51,230 nucleotides of DNA from an uncultured bacterium (GCA_963977445.1 CAXBPH010000006.1:1-51230); one strand, 5' to 3'; positions 41,552-49,935 are shown, numbered from the stretch's first letter. Made by a program: numbers and translations. The notes: generated by a model not told the origin, from the sequence alone.

Positions 41552-42240
41552 GCGCCGGCCCTCCGAAGTATAGCGAGGGACTCAGGTCCGCAATTCATCA
41601 TGAGATCCAGGATAGACAATTCCGGTAGGAAGGGTTCGGAACACTGGGGGTAAACGGGTGGCGTCCAGGTTTGTATAGCTAAGTCGATCCCGGCGGAAGC
41701 GAGTGCCTCGCCATCGAGATAGGTTTCCACCGCATGGGCACCACTGAGATAGGCGGTGCCCTGCACGGCCTGTATGAGGTTTATCAAACGCTCCGTTGCC
41801 TCACCCGGAACCGAAAGCGCAGATGCATAGACAATGGGGGTGTCGATTCCCAGTCGCGTTATGATTTCCGTCAGCATGGCACGGTTCAGATCGTTCAGGG
41901 TTGTCCAGGGGCGACTGTAGAGCTCGCCCAGCCAGGGTGCGTGTTCCTCAAAGTAAGGAGCGCGTTGATAGTATTGCTCAATACTCCTCCAGTGCTTTTT
42001 GGACCACGGGCGCTTGTTGTCAATTTTCACTTCATCCAGCCGCTGTGCCATTCGATCGAATACAGGAACGGTCAGGCTGAGGGCACCTTGGGGCGTTTTT
42101 ATCCGGTTCCGATTCTGGTGTCCATTTTTGTTGTACTGTATATTGTCGAGTACGATGAACAGGTCGGCGCATTGTATTTTATGTATATAGCGAAGCCAGG
42201 GCAGATAATGCAGTTGATGAATGCCAACGACCACGTGCAA
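41548..42240 (-). CDS. WbqC-family protein
   Basis: HQLHYLPW, NRNRIK, YLSG, PELSILDLMMNCGP. Confidence 0.88.
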   Translation of the reverse strand: MHVVVGIHQLHYLPWLRYIHKIQCADLFIVLDNIQYNKNGHQNRNRIKTPQGALSLTVPVFDRMAQRLDEVKIDNKRPWSKKHWRSIEQYYQRAPYFEEHAPWLGELYSRPWTTLNDLNRAMLTEIITRLGIDTPIVYASALSVPGEATERLINLIQAVQGTAYLSGAHAVETYLDGEALASAGIDLAIQTWTPPVYPQCSEPFLPELSILDLMMNCGPESLAILRRAGA

Positions 42241-42418
42241 GGGCTTTCTATGGTGTTTAGATCAAAAAGTTTCTGGGCCCATACACGCCCTGCCGACCCA
42301 AATCTGATGCTACCTGAGTATTTTATCGACGGCAATGGTGGATTGCTGAACAACCCGCAGCAGTATGACCGGTAATCCTATTTCGAAACAAACGCGCCGC
42401 ATTAACAGGAGAAAAATA

Positions 42419-43012
42419 ATGAGTGACTATAAACCGAGTATCCTTGCCTTCGCCGGGAGCACACGCACCAACTCACTAAATAAAAAACTCGCCCGTGCGG
42501 CCGCTGCCGGTGCCGAAGCGGCGGGGGCCTCCGCAACCTTCATCGATCTCAGAGACTATCCCCTGCCACTCTTTGATGAAGATCTGGAACGTGAAGAAGG
42601 TCTACCAGAAAACGCGGTCAAGTTACGCGAACTTTTTCTCCAGCATGATGGGCTGATTATCGCATCACCTGAATACAATGGGTCAATCAGCGCCGTATTA
42701 AAAAATACGATCGATTGGCTCAGTCGTCGTCAAGGAGACGAGGCACCCCAAATCTGCTTTAAAGAAAAGGTCGCCCTCTTACTTGCAGCGTCACCAAGTG
42801 GACTCGGCGGACTTCGGGGACTGCGGCATCTTACTACCCTGCTCCATGGTATTCAGGTCATCGTGCTACCAGAGCAAAAGGCCATTCCTGCGGCCCATAC
42901 ACTATTCGATGACTCCGGTATCGCCGATGAAAAATTGAAGGGTGATGTGGAACGACTCAGTGCGCGTCTTGTAGAAATGACAACGCGTATCCACGGAAAA
43001 CAAACACGCTAA
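42419..43012 (+). CDS. NADPH-dependent FMN reductase (ChrR/SsuE-like)
   Basis: GSTRTNSLN, SPEYNGSISAVLKNTIDWLSR. Confidence 0.92.
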   Translation: MSDYKPSILAFAGSTRTNSLNKKLARAAAAGAEAAGASATFIDLRDYPLPLFDEDLEREEGLPENAVKLRELFLQHDGLIIASPEYNGSISAVLKNTIDWLSRRQGDEAPQICFKEKVALLLAASPSGLGGLRGLRHLTTLLHGIQVIVLPEQKAIPAAHTLFDDSGIADEKLKGDVERLSARLVEMTTRIHGKQTR

Positions 43013-43036
43013 AGTCCCTGCGCCCTGTGCCGATAA
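43010..43036 (+). promoter_or_regulatory. Sigma28 (FliA)-type promoter 1
   Basis: TAAA-gtccctgcgccctgt(15)-GCCGATAA; the -35 box overlaps the upstream stop codon. Confidence 0.85.
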
Positions 43037-43042
43037 GTACTA

Positions 43043-43225
43043 GCAGAGGCCAAGACACGGAGGTCGAGGCGACAAAGTGACACGGAAGTCAACGGAGGAG
43101 GCGGTAGAGGCTAGATAACTCGTCGGGTGTCATCCCCAACACCAACGCGATCGACGTTTTGTCCCATAGTCTTTCCATCCATGAGAGGCGCCATAGCAAC
43201 TTTGTTGTGGCGTTTTTCTCTTTTT
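43043..43225 (+). ncRNA. Putative sigma28-dependent sRNA copy 1 (~180 nt); ends approximate
   Basis: GAC-ACGGAG-GTC and TGAC-ACGGAA-GTCA hairpins, GGTGT-catcccca-ACACC, tract complementary to flagellin-2 RBS/start, terminator 43188-43225. Confidence 0.75.
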
Positions 43226-43303
43226 ATCGCCACCCGCCAATCCAACGCGCCCCCACCCTGAAACCGCACAATTCATGTCTCCGACATAATTTTGTCTTCT
43301 GAC

Positions 43304-43330
43304 TAAAGTATCCCGGCGGGTTGCCGATAC
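43304..43330 (+). promoter_or_regulatory. Sigma28 (FliA)-type promoter 2
   Basis: TAAA-gtatcccggcgggtt(15)-GCCGATAC. Confidence 0.82.
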
Positions 43331-43336
43331 ATTCAG

Positions 43337-43505
43337 TACAAGGCGGCGACACGGAGGTCAACGCCAGCGCGACATGGATGTCATCTGCTACATAGCCTGG
43401 TTTCAAACTCACAGGGTGGTCAATCCCACCGCCTGCTATTGCGAGTTTCCCCAGGGCCTTACCTCCGAAGCGCGTTGCAGCCCTGTTGCAACGCGTTTCG
43501 AATTT
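43337..43505 (+). ncRNA. Putative sigma28-dependent sRNA copy 2 (~165-185 nt); ends approximate
   Basis: GAC-ACGGAG-GTC and GAC-ATGGAT-GTC hairpins, GGTGG-tcaatc-CCACC, CTTACCTCC anti-SD, hairpin 43467-43499. Confidence 0.72.
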
Positions 43506-43522
43506 CCCCGAAACTTTTTTTC

Positions 43523-43549
43523 TAAAGTCTTCCCCACACCCGCCGATAA
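43523..43549 (+). promoter_or_regulatory. Sigma28 (FliA)-type promoter 3
   Basis: TAAA-gtcttccccacaccc(15)-GCCGATAA. Confidence 0.85.
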
Positions 43550-43555
43550 GACCCC

Positions 43556-43688
43556 TATATAGAGTCAGAATTGGCACGTACCCGTACGAGAACTGGGGTG
43601 TCTATCCCAACACCTTAACCAGTCGCTAATCTCTGCTTCTTATCTCCTCGATTGCGCCATGACCTCGGTCATTGGCGCATTCTTTTTT
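43556..43688 (+). ncRNA. Putative sigma28-dependent sRNA copy 3 (~130 nt, no GGA hairpins); ends approximate
   Basis: GGTGT-ctatccca-ACACC hairpin, TATCTCCT anti-SD, terminator TGCGCCATGACC/GGTCATTGGCGCA plus T-tract. Confidence 0.68.
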
Positions 43689-43956
43689 GGGGACTGCACC
43701 GGCCGAATGGATGCCACTGAAGCCTCGTTGAACACGTGGTAAACGGGCGTCGTCCTGCATGAAACAACGATGGCGACCGCCGGGGCCGTCCCCCTGAGGG
43801 AAATCACACGCTGGCAGGCGTCATACCCCCTAAGGGGAAATGGCACTCTGGGGGAAACAGCCCCGACTGTCTTCTCGTCCTGCCCTGCGGTGCCAACATA
43901 AGCCAACCACGGGGTTTGTGGCGCTGGGTGATAATGGCCACGTCGGTGCAGTCCCC
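43689..43956. repeat. MITE/REP-like element, same family as 30646-30908
   Basis: GGGGACTGCACCGGC and GTCGGTGCAGTCCCC ends with the same internal arms. Confidence 0.85.
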
Positions 43957-43968
43957 AGCACCCCCGTA

Positions 43969-44748
43969 TCACTCAAGCCCTTCCGGTAGTCCGTAGAGCA
44001 CTTCTTTCATCACCAGACCCTGTGGCGGGGCGCAATGGCCCACAAAGGGCCCCCCGGAGGCCAGCGCTTCGCCGATAAATTCCGGGCCGAATCGACCCCG
44101 ACCTATCTCGATCAGGGTGCCAGACAGGTTTCTCACCATCTTATAGAGAAAGCCATTGCCAAAAAACTCGATATGCCACAGATTTTTGGAATCTATCGGC
44201 CCCACGACACCGCCCCGGTGAAATTTCACCGAATAGAGGGTCCGCACCGTCGTTTTCATCTGACAACCCGTGCTCTGGAAGCCCGCAAAGTCATGGGTGC
44301 CTTCTAATTGGGGCAACAGCGACTCGATCAGGTCCAAATCTACGGCATAGGGTACCTGCCACGTATAGGGCGCGCTGAAGGGGTCCATTTCCCGGCTGAA
44401 GTTAAAGGTATAGCAATACCGCTTCGCTTTGGCCGAAAAACGGGCGTTGAACTCCGAATCGACCGGTGCCAGATGACAAATCTGGATTTCCGGCTCCAGC
44501 ATCCGCGATAGGGCGTGGCTGAGCTGCGGTGGCACCTCCGGCCGGGGCCATTCACAGGAAAAGACCTGTCCCAGGGCGTGTACCCCCGCATCCGTGCGCC
44601 CGGCGCCCTGAATTCGCACGGGCTCCGAGGCGATACGGCTCAGGGCCGCTTCAATTTCCCCCTGGACGGTTCGGCGGTCGTCCTGGATCTGCCAGCCGGA
44701 GAAATTTGTGCCGAGATAGCGCACTATACCTTTGAGAGTGTGAGACAT
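43969..44748 (-). CDS. truA: tRNA pseudouridine(38-40) synthase
   Basis: YLGTNFSGWQ, GAGRTDAGVHALGQ, FNARFSA, GNGFLYKMVR. Confidence 0.95.
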   Translation of the reverse strand: MSHTLKGIVRYLGTNFSGWQIQDDRRTVQGEIEAALSRIASEPVRIQGAGRTDAGVHALGQVFSCEWPRPEVPPQLSHALSRMLEPEIQICHLAPVDSEFNARFSAKAKRYCYTFNFSREMDPFSAPYTWQVPYAVDLDLIESLLPQLEGTHDFAGFQSTGCQMKTTVRTLYSVKFHRGGVVGPIDSKNLWHIEFFGNGFLYKMVRNLSGTLIEIGRGRFGPEFIGEALASGGPFVGHCAPPQGLVMKEVLYGLPEGLE

Positions 44749-44930
44749 GGGCCCATTGTAAGGGAGGACCAGGATTCCTCGCCACTTTCGCAGGGAATGA
44801 GGGGCCGAAAAAGAATATTTTTTGATATTAATTTTGGCCTCAACGCTGCGATACCGCTGAATTGGCGTCTTTTGGTTGGTTTTCGGCGGAGCGCAGCGGT
44901 CTGGATCCGAAAATTATTTTTCAAGAAGGC

Positions 44931-44957
44931 TAAAGTTCGGGCTAAAGTTGCCGATAA
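44931..44957 (+). promoter_or_regulatory. Sigma28 (FliA)-type promoter of the flagellin locus
   Basis: TAAA-gttcgggctaaagtt(15)-GCCGATAA upstream of flagellin 1. Confidence 0.88.
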
Positions 44958-44963
44958 ATACTG

Positions 44964-45410
44964 CAGGTAAGCCGAAACAGGACTTATTCACTGAAAAATT
45001 GAAGCGAATACGTGAGACCCAGGGACGGGTCTCTGCAACATCATGGAGGATGGCGCAACAGCGCGGGCTAAGCACCCGCATGACGGCCTCGTGGCCCGAC
45101 TATGACAATTGAATCATGTTGATCGAAAACTTCGGTTTTTGGCAAGGAAAGACGGCAGGATGCCTGAGAACCTTGCCACAAGGAAACGCCGTGGTGACCA
45201 CAATGCAACCGGGCACGGGACATGCCCCACCGCAGCAGGGTTATCACCGCATCAATACAATGGGACCAATCGGCACCATGTAGGAGCCGATTTCTGAGAC
45301 AGCCACTCATGGGACGAAGGGCTTCCGCACAAGCGGGAGCCATTCAAGGGGGGTTGCCTCGGAGGTAGCGCAAGGACGCGCTATACCAACCACTCACGGA
45401 GGAATACATC
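44964..45410 (+). promoter_or_regulatory. Long GGA-rich 5' leader with candidate CsrA sites
   Basis: About 16 GGA by manual count, several in hairpin loops (GAGACCC-AGGGAC-GGGTCTC; TAGCGC-AAGGAC-GCGCTA). Confidence 0.6.
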
Positions 45411-46226
45411 ATGGGACTTCGAATCAACACCAACGTAGCAGCGCTCAATACTGCCCGTGTTCTGAAACGGTCTACCAGTTCACTCAACAAGTCGCTGGAA
45501 CGCCTTTCCAGTGGTCTTCGGATTAACCGCGCGGCGGATGACGCGGCCGGTCTGGCCATCGCTGAGGGTTTTAACTCGGTGGTACGCGGGACCCAGGTCG
45601 CACAGCGCAATGCGCAGGATGGCATCAGTCTGGTGCAAACTGCGGAAGGCGCGCTGAGCGAAACGACCAATATATTGCAGCGAATTCGTGAACTGTCTGT
45701 TCAGGCAGCGAACGGAACGCAAAGTACGGCCAACCGACTCTCGTTGGATACCGAAGTAGATCAACTGTTAGCTCAAATCGATGACATCGCGTTTGACACC
45801 GAATTTAATGGTGTGCGTGTATTGAGTTCGAATACGTCATTGACCTTGCAGACAGGCGCTTTTCAAGGGCAGACCCTGTCGATCTTGCTGACCTCGGCCA
45901 CCCAGGGACAAATTGGTGTGTCGGTAGTCAATCTGCAGACGACCGCCGGTGCCGTAAGCGCGCTGAGCACGGTAGACGCCGCGTTGCGCTCCGTTAATAC
46001 CCTTCGGAGCACGCTGGGTGCCTTTCAGAACCGACTCGAGTTTACGATTAGTACCCTGGCTATCCAGGAAGAAAACTCAGCCGCCTCAGAAAGCGCTATT
46101 CGCGATGCCGACATTGCACAGGAAACGATTCGTTTTACACGAAATCAGATTCTGGTCAGCGCAGGAACATCGATTCTGGCCCAGGCCAACATTGTGCCCC
46201 AAACGGCACTCCAGTTGCTGGGTTAA
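45411..46226 (+). CDS. fliC: Flagellin 1 (short, D0/D1 only)
   Basis: RINTN, LERLSSGLRINRAADDAAGLAIAE, LQRIREL, IRDADIA, LAQAN. Confidence 0.95.
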   Translation: MGLRINTNVAALNTARVLKRSTSSLNKSLERLSSGLRINRAADDAAGLAIAEGFNSVVRGTQVAQRNAQDGISLVQTAEGALSETTNILQRIRELSVQAANGTQSTANRLSLDTEVDQLLAQIDDIAFDTEFNGVRVLSSNTSLTLQTGAFQGQTLSILLTSATQGQIGVSVVNLQTTAGAVSALSTVDAALRSVNTLRSTLGAFQNRLEFTISTLAIQEENSAASESAIRDADIAQETIRFTRNQILVSAGTSILAQANIVPQTALQLLG

Positions 46227-46458
46227 TCATACCGTCTCTAACCAGGGCGGCCGGACCTCAACGGATTTGAGGGGCCGGAAACGGAATTACCAGCCATCGG
46301 CTGCCCTGGTCAATTTATAAACGTAGTCGAAAGGAGGACCTGAGACAATGGATGAACGGCGAGTCGCGTCGCCCGCAATCTGAAGAATGTCTACATCACG
46401 GAAGAATTAGTTACAGAGGGATCGGGAATCTCTCTGGCCACTCATGGAGGATAATACT

Positions 46459-47277
46459 ATGGGACTTCGAATTAATACCAACGTAGCGTCGCTTAACACG
46501 GCGCGTACTCTGCAACGGTCTACCAATTCACTTAACAAATCTCTGGAACGTCTTTCCAGTGGTCTCCGGATTAACCGTGCTGCCGATGATGCGGCCGGTC
46601 TGGCGATTGCGGAAGGCTTTCGTTCCGTTGTCCGTGGCTCTCAAGTCGCTCAGCGAAATGCACAGGATGGCGTAAGCCTGGTGCAGACCGCTGAAGGGGC
46701 GCTGAGTGAAACCACCAACATCCTGCAACGTATCCGCGAGCTGTCTGTACAGTCGGCGAACGGAACGCAGAGCACCACCAACCGGGCCGCTCTGAACAAC
46801 GAAGTAAACCAGCTGCTGCAGCAGATCGACGACATCGCCTTTGACACCGAATTCAATGGTGTCGCGGTGTTGAGTTCCAGCAGCACGCTGACACTCCAGA
46901 CCGGTGCCTACACCGGCCAGACCCTTCAAATTGCTGTCGTCAGTGGTGCCAGTCAAGGTGCTATCGGCGTAAGCACGGTGAATATCTCCACGGCGGCCGG
47001 CGCGGTAAGTGCCCTCAGCCAGGTCGATACCGCACTCCAGCGGGTAAACACCCTCCGCAGCAATCTGGGTGCCCTTCAGAACCGCCTCGAATTTACGATT
47101 AATACGTTGGCGATTCAGGAAGAAAACTCGGCTGCTTCGGAAAGCGCCATCCGCGATGCGGATATCGCCCGCGAGACCATTCAGTTCACGCGTAACCAGA
47201 TCCTGGTGAGCGCGGGTACGTCGGTTCTGGCCCAATCCAATATCGTTCCTCAGACGGCACTCCAGCTTCTCGGTTAA
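46459..47277 (+). CDS. fliC: Flagellin 2
   Basis: Same flagellin N/C motifs; GGAGG RBS before ATG 46459. Confidence 0.95.
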   Translation: MGLRINTNVASLNTARTLQRSTNSLNKSLERLSSGLRINRAADDAAGLAIAEGFRSVVRGSQVAQRNAQDGVSLVQTAEGALSETTNILQRIRELSVQSANGTQSTTNRAALNNEVNQLLQQIDDIAFDTEFNGVAVLSSSSTLTLQTGAYTGQTLQIAVVSGASQGAIGVSTVNISTAAGAVSALSQVDTALQRVNTLRSNLGALQNRLEFTINTLAIQEENSAASESAIRDADIARETIQFTRNQILVSAGTSVLAQSNIVPQTALQLLG

Positions 47278-47316
47278 TTAACCGGAATCCTGTCGTTCAG
47301 TCTAACGTAATTTGGT

Positions 47317-47349
47317 GGCTCCGGCGTTTGCAAAATGCGCGCCGGAGCC
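47317..47349 (+). other. GC-rich hairpin after flagellin 2 (stabiliser or weak terminator)
   Basis: GGCTCCGGCG/CGCCGGAGCC stem, no T-tract. Confidence 0.5.
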
Positions 47350-47497
47350 CCCCGAAATCATTCAGAAAGGAGATTCAAACCACGTGGTTCCATCGTCGTC
47401 GCGCCCAATAGGGCAAGGCGGATGTATAGGCACCACATGAGAAGTACACACCCGATTGGTTAGGGATACCTGATTGGGTGATCTTGGAGGTAAGATC

Positions 47498-48316
47498 ATG
47501 GGATTACGAATAAACACAAACGTCCCGGCTCTCAATACGAGCCGGGCGCTTGATCGTTCTACGCGCGAATTGAATCGCAGCCTGGAACGATTGAGCAGCG
47601 GCCTGCGCATCAATCGCGCCGCCGATGATGCGGCAGGCTTGGCCATTGCCGAAGGCTTCCGCACACAGGTGCGGGGTGCGCAGGTGGCACAGCGGAATGC
47701 GCAGGATGGCATCAGTCTCGTTCAGACCGCAGAAGGTGCGCTCAGCGAGACCACCAATATCCTGCAGCGCGTTCGAGAGCTTGCCCTGCAGTCTGCAAAT
47801 GGAACGCAAAGCTCTGCCAACCGCGCCGCGCTGAACACCGAGGTGCAGCAGCTGATCGCACAAGTCGAAGACATCGCCCTGGATACCAGTTTCAACGGCA
47901 TCAGTGTGCTCAGTAGCAACCAATCCATTACGCTGCAGACCGGTGCATACACCAGCCAGACCCTGCAGGTCAGTATTGGCGGAGCCCGCTCCACCGACCT
48001 GCGTATCAGCGCCATCAACGTCTCGGCGGTTACGGGTGCCACCTCGGCCATCAGCGCCATTGACGTTGCTTTGGCAAGCGTTAACACACTCCGAAGCAAT
48101 CTGGGTGCCTTTCAGAATCGGCTGGAGTTCACCGTGAACACCCTCGCCATTCAGGAGGAGAACGCCGCAGCCGCAGAGAGTTCCATTCGCGATGCCGATA
48201 TTGCCCGGGAAACCATTAAATTCACCCGAAACCAGATTCTGGTTAATGCCGGGGTTTCCGTGTTGGCCCAAAGCAATGTGACGCCCCAGGCCGCGTTGAG
48301 CTTGTTGAGTACCTGA
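47498..48316 (+). CDS. fliC: Flagellin 3
   Basis: Same flagellin N/C motifs; GGAGGT RBS before ATG 47498. Confidence 0.95.
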   Translation: MGLRINTNVPALNTSRALDRSTRELNRSLERLSSGLRINRAADDAAGLAIAEGFRTQVRGAQVAQRNAQDGISLVQTAEGALSETTNILQRVRELALQSANGTQSSANRAALNTEVQQLIAQVEDIALDTSFNGISVLSSNQSITLQTGAYTSQTLQVSIGGARSTDLRISAINVSAVTGATSAISAIDVALASVNTLRSNLGAFQNRLEFTVNTLAIQEENAAAAESSIRDADIARETIKFTRNQILVNAGVSVLAQSNVTPQAALSLLST

Positions 48317-48440
48317 TTAACATAAATTTTCGTGTCGTAGTAAGAGGACAAGGCACGTGGCATAGGAAACGGTCTGCCTTTGCGCGCGGTAACCGACAGC
48401 CACGGGTGTACGTGCCCTGCAAGATATAAGGAGATATACC

Positions 48441-48803
48441 ATGGAACTGAATAGCGTCCAAAGCAGCGCCGTCGGGGTACGCGCAGTTGACGCACCACCG
48501 ACATCACCCGACTTCAGTCGCCCGAAAGGCAATGAAGCGACGCCTGCCCCCATAACCCAACGCAGCCGCAACCAGGAAGCCAATTCCGCCGTACAGCGGC
48601 CGGATCCCGTGCGTTCCATTGTCGTTCAGCAGGAATTCCCGCCCAATACCCGACTCCATCTTGACAAGGAGAGCAATCGGATTGTGGCCCAGGTCCTGGA
48701 TGACAACAATGAGGTAATTCGCCAGATTCCCGCCCAGGAATTACTGGATATTTCTGCACGTTTCAACCGTCTCGAAGGCATAATCTTCGACGAACTCAGC
48801 TAG
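48441..48803 (+). CDS. flaG: Flagellar protein FlaG
   Basis: C-terminal RIVAQVLD..NEVIRQIPAQELL..EGIIFD; position after the flagellins. Confidence 0.88.
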   Translation: MELNSVQSSAVGVRAVDAPPTSPDFSRPKGNEATPAPITQRSRNQEANSAVQRPDPVRSIVVQQEFPPNTRLHLDKESNRIVAQVLDDNNEVIRQIPAQELLDISARFNRLEGIIFDELS

Positions 48804-48942
48804 AAGTCTGGCCTGAAAGAACCCATCGATGCACCTGTCGGTGTGTGAACGCACCCGTGGGACGCGCGTGCCACCCTCCAATCAGGGCCTTCAGGCCAGC
48901 ATTCCAGCTGAACCGGTACTAATTGGGGCTACCGTAATGCCG

Positions 48943-49935
48943 TCAGGTCACCAAGGTCAGTGACTCTACATCCTTACGAATTGTGGCCACATCCGCGTCA
49001 CGAAGATTCACACTACCCCCCACCGCATTTTCCTGTGCCTGGGCACCATTACGTGCCCCCACCAGGGCCGTCGTAATACCTGGCTGGTGGGTAACCCACG
49101 CGGTAAAAAGTTGGCCCAGCGTGATCCCATAGCCATCGGCGATGGGTTGCACCCGGCCCAGCATATCCAGCACGGCACGCCGGTTCTCCGCCTTAAACAT
49201 GGGGCTGGCATGCCGGATATCGTCCTCGGGAAAACGACGTTCCATGTCGACCTTACCCGTCAGCAGGCCCTGCGCGATCGGGCTATAGGCCAGCACGCCA
49301 ATCGAGTGCTTCACGCAAAACGGCAGGAGCGTGGCTTCCGGCTCTCGTTGGAGGGCGTTGTAGCGAGGCTGGACGCTGTCCACCGTGCCCTTGGTCTGGC
49401 ACAGGGTTATCATGTCGGTGTCGAAGTTACTCACGCCGATAGCACGCACTTTGCCCGATTCTTTCAGGCGCATGAGGGCCTCCATGGTGTCATCCAGGGG
49501 CCAGGTGCTGTCCGGCCAGTGGACCTGGTAGAGATCAATCACATCGGTTCCCAGCCGCCGAAGACTGGCTTCACACTCCTCCACAATAGACTCCGGTCGG
49601 CCATTGCGATAAACGGTGCAGGGCGTACCGTCGTTTTTCTTGGTCTCCATCTTCTTCTCCCCTTCGGCGCGGTCCCAGCGCATCCCGCACTTCGTGGCGA
49701 TAATTACCGAATCACGTCGTCCGGCAATGGCCCGGCCCACCACCGTCTCGCTGTGTCCCATGCCATAGGTGGGTGCCGTGTCGATACAGGTTATACCCCC
49801 ATCTATCCCCGCGTGAATCGCCTCAATGGCAAGGTCGTCGTCGGTCCCGCCCCAAAGCCAGCCACCAATGGCCCAGGCACCAAAACTGACCGCAGGCAGT
49901 TTAATATCGGTCGTCCCTAAGGTCGTGAATTTCAT
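48943..49935 (-). CDS. Aldo/keto reductase
   Basis: GAWAIGG, DTAPTYG, IATKCG, SLRRLGTDVIDLYQVHWPD, IGVSNF, YSPIAQGLLTGK. Confidence 0.93.
   Translation of the reverse strand: MKFTTLGTTDIKLPAVSFGAWAIGGWLWGGTDDDLAIEAIHAGIDGGITCIDTAPTYGMGHSETVVGRAIAGRRDSVIIATKCGMRWDRAEGEKKMETKKNDGTPCTVYRNGRPESIVEECEASLRRLGTDVIDLYQVHWPDSTWPLDDTMEALMRLKESGKVRAIGVSNFDTDMITLCQTKGTVDSVQPRYNALQREPEATLLPFCVKHSIGVLAYSPIAQGLLTGKVDMERRFPEDDIRHASPMFKAENRRAVLDMLGRVQPIADGYGITLGQLFTAWVTHQPGITTALVGARNGAQAQENAVGGSVNLRDADVATIRKDVESLTLVT

Noticed and set aside
43092..43107. GGAGGAGG in sRNA copy 1 as an RBS for a small peptide
   Set aside because: No start codon at a suitable distance (GGCGGTAG follows); more likely an extra CsrA-type site
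43224..43972. Short ORFs 43224-43577, 43374-43562 and 43640-43972
   Set aside because: No convincing RBS or protein motifs; they cross promoters, terminators and the repeat element, and an RNA-level explanation fits better
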